The position numbers and the translations under genes were made by a program. A stretch of 64,000 nucleotides of DNA from Takakia lepidozioides (taxonomy: Eukaryota; Plantae; Bryophyta), in NCBI GenBank assembly GCA_030704615.1, contig CM060733.1, positions 21,762,001 through 21,826,000 of the forward strand. Direction: 5' to 3'. Shown here in pieces: positions 23,076-35,233 of this stretch (its first letter is position 1; each line of letters starts with the position of its first letter). The notes beneath the pieces were generated by a model that was not told the DNA's origin, searched no databases, and saw only the letters and a program-made list of their open reading frames with translations.

Positions 23076-25864
23076 GAAGTCTAGGGCACGATGAAGTCTA
23101 CAATCTGCAAACAAACTTATTTCCTGACAAAGCAAGCAAATGCTGCTGCATAGGGGTGGGTTGAACCATATTGACCTATACTGCAACGTTTGCTAAGTGC
23201 TTTGTCAGGAAAAAAAATGATGCAAAGTCACTTTGCTTTGGAAGAATAACTTGAGAGTAATAATCCAGAAGATCAAATCCTTGTTGCACCTACAGGTGTC
23301 CATTTTTCTTATTCTGTCGTGCCACAAAGATCAAGTCTTGAACTCCTTGCCAAGCATTTCAGACTTCAGGGGTGGAATGGATGATAAAGGTGAAGTCTGC
23401 AATGACTGAAAAAAGAAATTCATTACGTGAAAGGTTCAAAGCATGACATGATGGACTAAAAAAGAAACACTTAGGCTGCTTAAAAAAGTTTGAAAAGTTG
23501 TAACACATCATTTATTATTAGAGTACAATAAGTCATAAAGATTATATTTTATTCATCAATATATTCTAATGATATGTTGTAATTAACAAAAACAAAAACA
23601 AAACAAAAACAGATCACCCCCAATCATCCAACATTTATTCCTCGTTTATTAGTGTACCGGCTTAGCTCGTCGTCTCTCTGCAACTGCCATTCACTCACTC
23701 GCTTAGCTGCAATCTCGATGTTTATCACTCGCCCACTCCCGTTTGTTGTGTTCATTGTTTTTGTTTCAGGTACGCTTGTGCTCTCGGTTGTGCAAGTTTT
23801 CGCTATCGCTGATGCTTTCAGTTGACCACTATGCTTGGTAAGATCGTTCACCATGTCATCAGGTCCACCAACTTTGTATCCAAGGTGACAGACAAGAGCA
23901 CTATTGAGGCATTACAATTCTCAATGGAGTTGGCAAGATGTTTTGCAGAGTTTGAAGTACTCAACTCGCGGTTGATCTAGGGTCTAGAGGTCTTGGCCAA
24001 GCTGGCTTTTGGAGAAACATGGATTGTCTATGTATCATATCTTCACTCTAAGTCAGTTTATCCAGGGAAGGAAAAAAGACGGGAAACCCAGTTGAGTAAT
24101 TGGAAAGCTTTCAAACATGGTGATCGCATATTCATAAGCCAATTAGACGCGATCGACTCAATTAATTACTAGTTTGCTTTAGGATTGGTGTCTGGGAATG
24201 TACTGTTTGGGAGATAATAGAGGCTCAATGGCGTATTGGCAATCTTAGTTTAGGCACAAAAGTCTAGGATTCAGTGAGTACATGTGGGCCAGTTACTCAT
24301 GGCAGTCAGTATCACAGGCCGTGGCCCTTGACTGCTTTTTGGAAGCATCGTCCGTTGCTTGCAGTAGGAGAGGTGTCAAGAATTGCAATTCCAGGGTTAG
24401 TGTCAAGGGGACCATTTGATTTTCCAATAAGAACCTCCCGCGGAAATACGTCTTGTATGTTCGAAATCAACACATGATGTGGCATGAGCCTTGCTGGGCT
24501 CATAGGCTCACATGCTCACGATCTAGCATTCCCCGCCTTGGAGTACGTATCAGCAACATGGGTTGATAACTCCAACCAGACTAAGTCTCTAAAATTGATT
24601 CAAGTGGGGGTGCTTAAGGAATGCATGTCAATCATTCAAAGAGAAAGACCACCATTGAAATCTCTAAAGCTTACTGGATATAGAGAATTACATAAAGATT
24701 CAAAATATCCAGAAGATTTCGTGGATGAAGGTTCAAATTGAGGTCATACTAGGACAGAAACCCTCACATCATTGCACACTTGCACAGTTATAGAGCATCT
24801 TGGCTTCTATCCCAGCTCTCAATGAACTGCACTCATTGGATCTCAACAAATAACAATGAGATCATCAGAATCTCTATTATAATTGGCAAAAAGAGATTGT
24901 CTCCTCTGGCTAATGCTACTGATGGCGGTTCTCCAAGGAACTCCGTCTTCCGTCCAGCAGACCTTATGGAAACCCTAGACACCTTCAAACCCATAAGGTT
25001 AGTTATGTCAGAACCACACGGGTGTAAAGATCATGACATTGAGAACTTATCATTATTTTATACAAATAAAATTGCACTAGAAGGAAAAAGAAATAATTCA
25101 CGTGTTGAGAGGGTGCCATGCAAAAAATTTCCTGACAAGAAACTCTTTGGCCATTTAAGGACCAATCAACCTTAGTTCTAACAGTTATATAAAACTGAAT
25201 ACCCTACCATGCAAAAAAATGGTGTGTGACCTACTGCTGTAAACATTCATGTCTGTCTATTAACATGCCGATGACCTACAACGGCATCACAAAGTTTACA
25301 TCCCAGCCAACCATTGCATGAGCCTATGCATGAACATCTTAGTTGAAGCACAAGATACTTACAGTGCTTAAGGTTAAGCATTATCATAGCCACCTAGAAA
25401 GAGAAAAAGAGAAAAAAAATGTTTGCTAAAATGTCCACTTGAGTAGGCTAGCCTCACTTGCTCACAGTGGTAGTGACATATGCATGAATATGCAAGATCT
25501 GAGGGTTGTTGAAAAAAAATACCAGAGTAACAATCCCTGAAAATTGAGGTACACACAAACCATTGAAGCTCTTTACAGTCGATGCAATTATGTCTTTCGT
25601 ATGCGCTTCATGAATCTCTGAAGTCATAGACTAAGCACCAAATACTCGGTCTGCAACCACAACCAATGTATTCGCCTTTGAGAAATGCGAACTTGGACTT
25701 GAATAAATGTGTTGACTTCCCAACCAATCCCAACCAATCTCGATGGAAGAGCACACCACAGACACGCTTATAATGTGTAGGGGGAGAAATATTAATTGAG
25801 TGGTAGGTGACGGAAGTAGACCCATTTTCACTTCTCTCTCCCTCAGGAACTACATTACCAGTCT

Positions 25865-26210
25865 GTATATCTGTTGACCAAGTTTGAAAATCTTGAGGCT
25901 GAGCGAAAAACCCAGGCCCTTTTGGGGCCTAGTTATTGGACAAATCACACACAACATAATGATGTTTGTGTAAAGGGATTTCTAACTGGAAAACCCGGAT
26001 CAACTGTTTGTTCCAAGGTGAGTCACACTACAGGCGTCAAACCCTGACAAAGGTAGTTTCTGTCCCTTGGTGTTCAGCTCAAACTGAGTCGCGGGGTCAA
26101 TGACAACTGTAAGGCTACGATAAACAACGTCTTATGAATACATTCTCTTTTACTTGATGTGGAGGCTACGACAAGCAATGCCTTATGAGTACATTCTCTT
26201 ACTTGACGTG
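25865..26210. repeat. Dispersed repeat, also present in a RAD21 intron (~61015-61300)
   Basis: Shared blocks GGCCCTTTTGGGGCCTAGTTAT, CCCTGACAAAGGTA, CTCAAACTG..GCGGGGTCAATG and CTTATGA.TACATTC. Confidence 0.85.
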
Positions 26211-26259
26211 GGCCACAAGACTGCGGCAAACAAAGTCCACTCCAATCACTACATTTGGT

Positions 26260-29116
26260 GGGTGAGTGCAAGATCAGGTGGCTCAAAAAAGGCAGATGTG
26301 ACCTCCACGAAAGTCCACAGGAAAAAAAAAATCTATGTTTCTTGTTCATTTTTTTTTTTTAACATTGATAGATATGATATGCCTAACATTTTTAGAAAAG
26401 GGTTCTATCATAAATATTTGATTTTTTTAAATTAAAACTATTATTCCATAATTTTAAAAAATAACTAATTTGTAGGTCCCCAATTATATAGGACATTTGT
26501 TCATCTAATTATCAGACAATCTTTGCATACCCAAATATGAAAAAATTTAAACACCGTGGACTTTTGAAAATTTGCAAGTGTCAAAGTGCTTGACCATGGA
26601 CATTCATTTGTAAAGCCACACTAATGTAATCACAGTAAGCTTTGGAAAAATGTCAGTCTTGAACTTCATAACAATCTCATAGATGCTTTCCCTCTCTAAT
26701 CTTGCAATAATAATACTCGTTTTTTACAGAGTGTGTATAACAGCCACAGTTCAAGTAGGAGATGTCGGTCCAGTCAGAGTCCACCCCTCCAAAAGCCCTG
26801 AGAACTGAGAAGCATGACCAGAGGTATCACAGTCCACGGACCTGACATAAGGATAGAGGTCACATAATTAAGTAGCAAAATTAGTAGACGGGTTGGTGGG
26901 CCGAAAGCAATGAGAGCAGTAGTGCCGGAAGTGATTACTGAGGAGGCTTCGAGACATAAAAGGTTGTCAGGGGGTCAGCATGCAGGTTCGCCCAAAAAAC
27001 CTAGAGATGATCAAAGGTTTGAGCCTCCACAAGATAGATGTGTACACAGTTAGGTCTCCAAGGAATTTTTGATTAAGTGCAGGAAGAGGCTGAAGATGTT
27101 CGCCTGTGAAATCAAAATGGGTAGCCACGCTGATGCCGATCGTTTCGTCGCCTTCCGCTTGACAGCATGTGAGGATTCCGATGCAACCTTCCGAACGTCT
27201 TGAGGATCCTTTGCCCAACGAGGCACATTCCTCAAAACAAGCCAGCAATGCAAATATATCAGGCTTTCTGGATTCTTATAAACTCGGTACAACTCAAGAG
27301 CTCTTTGAAGGTTGTCATCTTGACTAGAACCTCATTCACGAACGCTTAGAACTTGCTGATAAACATATGTAAACTTAGAAACATCGTGCTTTATATGACC
27401 CCATTTTGTCTCTAGAGACCTAGCTGGACAAGCACTGCAGCCTGGAGGAATGTGTGTATTATAATGTGCTCAGACTCTCTCCCGTAATGCTTGGTTCTTC
27501 TGCCCGTTACCGGTAGAAGGATCTTGGATAATATGCAGATAACTTCTACAAAGCTGCATTTTCTCATTATCGTTAAAATTCTTGCCCTTCGTCCCTCTCG
27601 ATCTATCAGACGTAAGTGTAAGAATAGGCATTGCTGTCGTAAGGAGTTGGAAAGTTGCAATGGCCACGGACGTTCTTCTGGAGGTAGAGGCGAGGAGGGA
27701 CTGCCAGTCCATTGGACAACATGACCGTTGGCCAACCGAATCTGACCATAGCGTGCGACTATCGGGGTCAACAAAGGAGCAGTAGATGTAGTGGGAGAGA
27801 GGATGAGTTTAAGTGGGGACTTTCACTTTCAAACTGGGGTTTGTTTTGAAAAGGAGCATCTTTCGAAATTTGCAGACACTGTAAGACTATGAAACGAAAA
27901 TGATATATGCATGTAGGACAACAAGCGAAATTGCCCGCGCATTACAAATATCCACGGGAACAATCGGGCCATTGCCCTCATGCCACGTGTGCTCTAATGT
28001 AATTATCCTACAAAACTCGATACTAACGGGTCTGTCTGGCACCGGAAAGTGACCGTTCGGGATGTCACGTGTGGAAAAACGGCCACAGAGGGTTGTTTGG
28101 ACTATCTGCCACGTACACACTCACGTCATCCTACAGCGAAACCTAGAATAAAAAATAACGAAATTGTCAAATCTAATTCATCTATACCCTGAACCTATGG
28201 GAAATGCGTGTTTTTTGTGAAGGCAGTTCTTACAAATTTATGATACAAAAATAACTAATTTCTATGCTTTTCAAAAATCCCTAACATTTTATGGACTACA
28301 TATTTTAGTGTAAGATAAGGCATTCTAGATTCCTCAAAATGGGGGTGATCATAATGTGAGTATTTTCTTATAGTGGCATTGAAAATTGACCAAGAACAAA
28401 GTACATAATCATCAGATTACGGACTATGACATTTTACTAAGGACTTCTTAAAAAGTCCTTAACTTTCAATACACTTAGTATTTTGAAATTAAACTTGAAA
28501 GAGTGGGTGAAACCTATATTATCCTTTAGAGTCATTTATTCAAATATTCTATTCGATTGAAGAGTGTGAATGTATACCATCAGTCTATGTGCAAGAAAAA
28601 AAATGTTGTAACAGCCAGAAATGGACACTGTAGGCTGCAAAGACCCTGAGTCATTTTACATCTGGACTCCAAATATAAATTGTCATTGAGCAATAAGAGA
28701 CATGGATGAATTTGTAGACAATTTCATTCATTTATTAGTTTGCTACGGACTTTTATATACCTTCAAACATACCCAAAAAGTTTCAAAAGTCCATGGTGTT
28801 TAAAATGTTTTATTTCGGGCAGAACTCTTCAATGACAATACAAAGATTGACATGATCTATAGGTTCCGATAATTAGATGAACAAATGTCATATAGGACCT
28901 ACAAATTAGTTATTTTTTAAATTATAGAATAATATTTTTAATAAAAAAAATACATCAAATATTTAGTATGGAACCCTTTACTAAAAATGTTAGGCATATC
29001 AGTATCTATCAATATAAAAATATGTTTGAATAAGACACACACATTAATTTTTTTTCCGTGGGTTTTCGTGGAGGTTACATCTGCCGTTTTTTAGCCACTT
29101 TATCCTACACTCACCC
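26260..29116. mobile_element. DNA transposon with ~300-340 bp imperfect TIRs carrying a Harbinger-type Myb-like gene relic
   Basis: 26260-~26575 is the diverged reverse complement of ~28775-29116; termini GGGTGAGTG / CACTCACCC; no clear TSD. Confidence 0.8.
27050..27620 (-). pseudogene. PIF/Harbinger Myb/SANT-like (NAM-associated) DNA-binding protein, degenerate
   Basis: RGTKGKNFNDNEKMQLCRSYLHIIQDPSTGNGQKNQALRERV*AHYN..RSLETKWGHIKHDVSKF..LQRALELY..IYLHCWLVLRNVPRW; in-frame stops. Confidence 0.85.
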
Positions 29117-29872
29117 AAAGAGTCCTCCGACTCATATCATTCAATACTTAAAAAGTGAAACTGAAGGAGTTTGTACCAAATATCCACCATCATGACTGCA
29201 ATGCTCTCATGCACATCTAGGCAAAAACAATAATTCTCCTATTAGCAACACTCAATTGAGGCTCTCAATGTCACGGCCATTAAAAGTATCAGCAGCCTAT
29301 ATAGTACCGGCAGCTCCTCATTGATTTGTTTCACATCCATTGGCATCAACGTTTTTTTTATGGTATTTACATTGTAGCACAAGTGGCATCCATGAGAACC
29401 TTAGAGGAGCACATATGGCTCTTGTACAAAATACATAGTCGAAATTGCTGGCGATAATATGAGATTTTGAATGGGTGTTGGGCGAATGAACCTAAAACCT
29501 AGTAGACTTGCTAAGGCGAATAACCCAGAATTGACCTAGCAAATTGGAGGCTCTCAACATGGAGACTCGATAGAAATTATGGCAACCACCACCAAAAAAA
29601 TGAACAAGTGACATTCTCATTCTGTTTTTGTAAACCTCTGCCACCCTTTTGATTATCATCCTCCTCTATAGTCACCCTTTTGCCCTCCTCCGCGGCCACC
29701 TTTTTCATATTTAGGAACTTTATTATCCAAACCAGGTTGCTATCGATACTAAGGTGTTAGGAATTGTACACCAAATCAAATGGCTACCTAGGGAGTTTTC
29801 TCCGCTAAGCTTCCCATATACATGTTGATAATTTACCACTACAAAGTGTATCTATATAGACTATACTTACCA

Positions 29873-29876
<4 letters not shown>

Positions 29877-29933
<57 letters not shown>
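29877..29933. repeat. Compound microsatellite (AG)n(AC)n(AT)n
   Basis: Read directly from the sequence. Confidence 0.95.
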
Positions 29934-30299
29934 GAAAAATGGGCAGCATAGCTGGCTCCACGTCCTCCTGCCCACTCAGAACGGGGCGATGTCCTGTAGG
30001 TAGTCGGTGGGAGTTGGCTCCTCTGTTGTAAATTGCCTTCATTCAATATGGCGCCATGTGCCTCCCTCTTACGGCCCCTCTGACGAATGGTGGGCCCACC
30101 AAATCAGGTTTTGGCAAAAAGTTTGTATTTTTCAGCCTCATTTCCCTTTGCCCCTGTCGCCAAGACACACGCGAGGTTGAAATCTGGTGATTATTCGCCA
30201 CTAAAAGAATGGCTGATTGGCATCCATGCAACTACTGACTAGCCATTTTCTTTCCCAAACACTAAAGGATAAAATTGAGGAGCTAAGACGTTAGACAAG

Positions 30300-30890
30300 C
30301 CGCGCCGTCGCATTGATCTGCATTTGCTTCACCAAATCCTCTCATGTAGGTTGTCGAAGGTAAGTGAACTGGAAACAATCACGAATCGCTGCACATAACC
30401 TCTTTATACTTTTCATGGCTGTGCTGGCTTCTAGCCGAACGTACTCATTACTTGCATCAACAACTATACCGTATGCGAGCATTTTTAATATTGCAACAGT
30501 GCATTTTCGAATGCTCGACAACACCATTAAACCTGCTGCATTCGGCCTCTTTGTGAAATAAGCATAATAAGAAGTGGCAACATCCATGATCTTGATAAAC
30601 AATGGCTTACTCATCCGAGATCTGCGTCTAAACAAACGCTCATCATACGTAGGGTTGATTGCATCAAAGTAATATCAAACAATCATGCCCATCACTTCTG
30701 TCTCTCTGTATACCGTACAAACTCCCAATGGTCGATCCTCCTATCTTTGGAGCAGACTCACTCACTTCAAGCTTTTGTTGCTGCTGATCTAAGATGAGGT
30801 TCATGAACAACTCTTCATCATAGTCTGATCCATAAAGGTTAGCTTCAATAGAGGTTGCAAAGTTCTGTCTCCAAGCATCTGCCATTGCAC
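30300..30890 (-). pseudogene. PIF/Harbinger DDE transposase N-terminal fragment
   Basis: FRRRSRMSKPLFIKIM..YFTKRPNAAGLMVLSSIRKCTVAILKMLAYG..NEYVRLEASTA..YLRQPT; frameshift and stop, truncated before the catalytic core. Confidence 0.88.
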
Positions 30891-32979
30891 TAAAGCAAGC
30901 TGCAGGTAGTGAAATCAGAGGTGAAAATGATAATTTGGGTGTAATTGATGGCAACGGATCACAGTTACAGGCGTTGGAATGGAACAGTAGAGTTTCCAGG
31001 CTATGGTGGAAGTGAAGCTGCTACCAATAATTGCACAATAATGACATGCATCCGTAGGTTGCTGTGGGGCAAGTTGTAATTTGGCCGCTTGCTGGCATTA
31101 TTGCCTCAACAAAATACCCGCCAAGTTGACGGTTTTGCGCCTGTTTGGTGAGGCTCTGCTGGTCATGTCCTAGGTCCATTGGGATCTTACGGCCTTCATC
31201 TTTTCTTTTCTGATTTCATCTATTTTATTTTAGTATTAAGCCATGCACCACGATCTTCAAGAGATCTCAGCCATCCACCTCAAGAAAGAACCCTATGTCT
31301 TTATTCACCCGGAAAGAACTGGGGCTGATTTCTCTTCATTATACAACGTAATAGCCAGCCATGAGTATGAGGGCAATACAAAAAAGTATAATGCACAATG
31401 CTGATTATACTCTGTGTATTGCACACCTCCAACATTTCCTTGTCTTTTACCTAGCCTCCAAGACCTTTTTCTTTCACTAGTTCCATTTCAGAAACAATTA
31501 ACACGCCCTCGGCATACTCCCCTCACACACGGCGGTTGGCCCTCCAAGGGGGACTTCCCCTGTACGTAATTAGCAGCTTATTGTGGTGAACATATTTGAA
31601 TATAAGTAGACCCATGGGGGAAGAGCCGATAGATTCATATACCATCAACGCTAACTCGAGTTGGCATCATATATATATATATACTCGATGTTCAATGAAG
31701 TGGACATAATTTTCTCAAGTGAACATCCATAATGGAGGTAGCAGTGAAATATTTTAACGATTTGATCCCAGGATCACCTCAGGAGAAATAAACACCAACA
31801 TCTGTGAAACTTAGACATTAACCCATAACTGCGTACCCACCTAAATATTCATCCATGAAAATGAACCGTACCTTATGGTGCCTACGTGCCAGCATTTGCA
31901 TCCACTCGCCAAAATTGAGTCCATTTTCACAGTAAAATTTGGTAGATTGTACGATTTTGGCGATGATTCTTTTTTATGTTTGGTTTTTGAAAATTAATTT
32001 TTGGTTTGCCAACCAACTTCCAATTTGAGTTCATCGAGGGCCTTTGTCCCTGTTCATCCACCAAAAAAAAAAAGAAAAAAAAAACGAGGCCTGGTTGTTT
32101 ATATTTTCTTGGCTATTTCTTCCTAATCTGTGGTAGGAATATCGAGTTTTAGCAAAAAATGAGAGAGAAAGACCATATTTGTAGTATGTGCTTTCTAGGT
32201 GTTTTTGGAGGGGTTGAGACTTGAAACTGCCGTCCACTGTAACATGGAATCTCAAAAACAGACGGCAAGGCCATCCAAAAATTGAAAATTTCCAAATCCC
32301 TTTGGAAATCTCCAAATCCCACTTATGAAAATATTCTCATATGGCATAAATGCCAGATTTCAGGACACATTTTCTCACTCAACAAGTTTATATGCTCCTC
32401 TATGTGGCTCAATAAGGTTGGCCATGCTAACAGTCAACCTTGTGCCCCCTCCCTCCCTTAACTCGCGTTTATAGAATATTGTACATGTGGCAGGAATCAT
32501 CCAGCTGGCATACTTTCAATTGGAGTAACTGGCATGTTTTCAAGTGGAGCCAGTCGGCCATGTCATCACGAACCCAATTGCAAGTTAAAAGTTTAGAGAG
32601 TTACAAGGGCTTAAATTTAAAAAAATAAAATAAAATAAAATAACTTTACAAGGGCTTAAACTTGAAAGTACTTATATCACTGAATGGTTTTTTTTTTTTC
32701 CGAATGGATTAAAAGTAGAGAATTATAATTATGTATTATCTATTTTACATAAAATAAAATACAAAATAAAAAAATCTACGACACCTCTGAAACACAACAA
32801 AAAGTGAAGTAATCCCATGCCAATAATACAGTTATCAATTATAAATATACTACACAAATATATATACACACAATAACCATTATAAAAAGTACCACTTATA
32901 TATACATATTTATTTATATAAAAAATCCAAATAATCCCAAATAAAGTTCTGTCCCCTGTTTTATCGAAAATAAAAAATA

Positions 32980-33895
32980 ACCAACAGTCAATAGCTCGGT
33001 TTGGTTAAGTGCACTCACTGCCACCTAGATGATTCTGGGGTCAAATCTTGCTACTTAAAGAGTGTGGTATTCTCTTCTCCCCCTTCCCTGGGCGGTGTCC
33101 TTCTTGTTCGTCTCCAGGGCGCATAAATGAGAGAGGTTGTTTTCTCCAGTGTTGGTTTGGTATTTGGGTTTGGCCGGGCATCAACCCGGGTCTCTCCTAA
33201 CCTAACCTACTGTTCTCTGTTCCTCCTGTAAACATTTGTAGTACCCTACCAGAAGGTTCCCGAGTTCCTTGGCAGCCCCCGCAATCCCCAATGGCGGCGG
33301 TTAGGGTTCTACCAAGCTCGACTCGGTGTTCCATGTCTGTTCGGTTATCATGTTAATATGCTCATATAGACATTATGGATGCAAGGTTTCATGTGTTTAT
33401 GAGCGTTGACACGTGGATGCAATTCTGATTTAGCGTATAATTGTATGGGGGTTGGTATCCTATGAGATGAGCGGTTTCACTTGTGGTTTTCTTGAATATT
33501 CAAATAGTTCAGATGGCCATTTCAATATTGAATTTGAATTTGAATACTAGTACCATTTTTATTTTATTATTATTTTACATATTTCTAGGTTATTGAGATA
33601 CCATTGCTCATATCCGCATTGATTGATTGATTTTATTTTATTTTTGAAACCACTCTATGCATACAAGATTCATACTTGAAAAAATCAGGGGCTGCATTAT
33701 TGGAAAACCTACCTGCCTTAAAAAATTCAGCACTGCATACCAGGACCTTCCTGGTATTTCCAATTCAAGATACCATACCAACACTGTTTTCTCCTCTCAC
33801 TATCAAGGGGCCTGATTTGTGAGCTGTCGCTCCCAGGTGTTTCCCTTTTAGAAAAGAAGGGAGTAAAAAATAAATAAAATAAAAATAAAAATAAA
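32980..33895 (+). mobile_element. Family-B SINE interrupted by a hAT-type MITE
   Basis: Head ACCAACAGTCAATAGCTCGGTTTGG..TGCCAC..GGGGTCAAATC; tail CCTCTCACTATCAAGGGGCCTGATTTGTGAGC..CTCCCAGGTGTTTCCC plus A-rich end. Confidence 0.8.
33147..33786. mobile_element. hAT-type MITE (ATACCA-rich)
   Basis: TIRs CAGTGTTGGTTTGGTAT / ATACCATACCAACACTG; 7-8 bp TSD TTTTCTC(C). Confidence 0.8.
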
Positions 33896-33951
33896 ATTGA
33901 AGAGAAGAAAATGTTCCCGGGAGGAAGAAAAAGAACAAAACGAAACTGGAG

Positions 33952-34157
33952 ACCAACAGTCAGTAGCTCAGTTGGTAAAGTGCACTGAGTGCCATCCGGA
34001 TGACCCTGGGGTCAACTCCTGCTACTTGACGGGTGTGGTACGCTCTTCTCCCCGTGGATCGCATCGGAAAGCCTTACGGCGAGGTTACTGAGAGGTTATT
34101 TTCTCCTCTCTCTATCTGTCGCTCCCAGGTTTCCCTTTAAATTATTAAAAAAAAAAA
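33952..34157 (+). mobile_element. Family-B tRNA-derived SINE, near full length
   Basis: A box TAGCTCAGTTGG, B-box-like GGTCAACTCC, poly(A); 9-bp TSD AAACTGGAG at 33943-33951 and 34158-34166; empty site visible at ~16803-16811 (reverse complement). Confidence 0.88.
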
Positions 34158-35233
34158 AAACTGGAGCCTTGCTATGGAGTACTGTACCGCCGAACGTGAT
34201 GGTGACCGCAGTTATATTTTCCCGGCATGCACTGCACCCAGCGCAAGCCTTGCACACGTAATGAGCCCAGAGAAGGCGACACAAAGTGAATGTAAAGGCT
34301 GTGTACAGCTCCAGGCGCGCTCGGGGGCCCCGCCGGAAAACACGGTGTACCGGCCGGTGTCGTGGGGCGTCGCCAGAGGCGCGTTGCGCACCGCCGCTTT
34401 TTGAATCCCGGCAGCTCGTGAGCGGCAGAGCGTAGGCTGTGTAGGGCCGTGAGAAATTATAAAGAGCCGCAGAGGCGGCCGGAGCTTTTTCTCTCTTGTT
34501 GCGATCGACTGGCCACCTGCGTTTTGCCCTCGCTTGCCTTGTGTTCCTTTGTAATGCTGTGCGCTTTCTCGGGGTTGTTACAGTTGACTAAAGGCGTGTC
34601 ACGCTTTCCGCGTCTGTGTCATTGTGGCTCTTGTTCTCACAACTTCTTAGAGGTGAGTGATTCCCTGGGGTTTTGCAAACTGTCGGTTTTGGTTTGCGTT
34701 GTCGGTGGTGTGATTGCTGACTCATACGCACCAGTAATCCTCCGACTGTATTTCTGTGTTGTACATTCTGCTGGTGAGGCATGCCTGTAACCTATGACTG
34801 CCAGAATAGCTAATTTCTGCTCGAGCTGCTATTTCATCACCAGCGAATTGCCTGTTTTCTGAGCAATTGTCGTTTTTTTCAGAACTTGATATGTTGCGTT
34901 AGCATTCACAAGACTAGGAGCTTGCACTTATTATGCGCACATGAATAGACGAGACTTGGATAGAGTAGTCACTGGAGATTGCTTAAGGTGATATCGAAGT
35001 GACTTGTTTTAATCCGCTGAAAGCCTGAGGATTCTTCCTCGCATCTAGTTTTCACAGTCTGCTCCAGAGTTTTCTACTTTGCTTCAATTCGATAATCCCG
35101 AAGAATTGAAGTAGCTTTTGAAATTCACAAACAGATTTTCTGACGCTCAAGATTGAGACGGAGCGAAACTCGAGGGGTTGAGCAATCACAAGAGAGAGAC
35201 ATAGGAAGCAACAGAATTTTGGGTCAGGTTTAC

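Larger units (their letters stand above)
32318..34231 (-). mobile_element. Inverted copy of the AT-rich non-autonomous element at ~16743-17552 and ~20125-20934, carrying two SINEs and a MITE
   Basis: Reverse-complement matches such as CACATTTTCTCACTCAACAA, ACATGTGGCAGGAATCATCCAGCTG, AACTTGAAAGTACTTATATCACTGAATG and GAAACTGGAG..TATGGAGTA. Confidence 0.88.

Noticed and set aside
33955-34030. tRNA gene (also 10247, 10762, 11390, 32985)
   Set aside because: A/B boxes are present but the stems are broken; shared SINE bodies, tails and (where intact) TSDs identify them as SINE heads.
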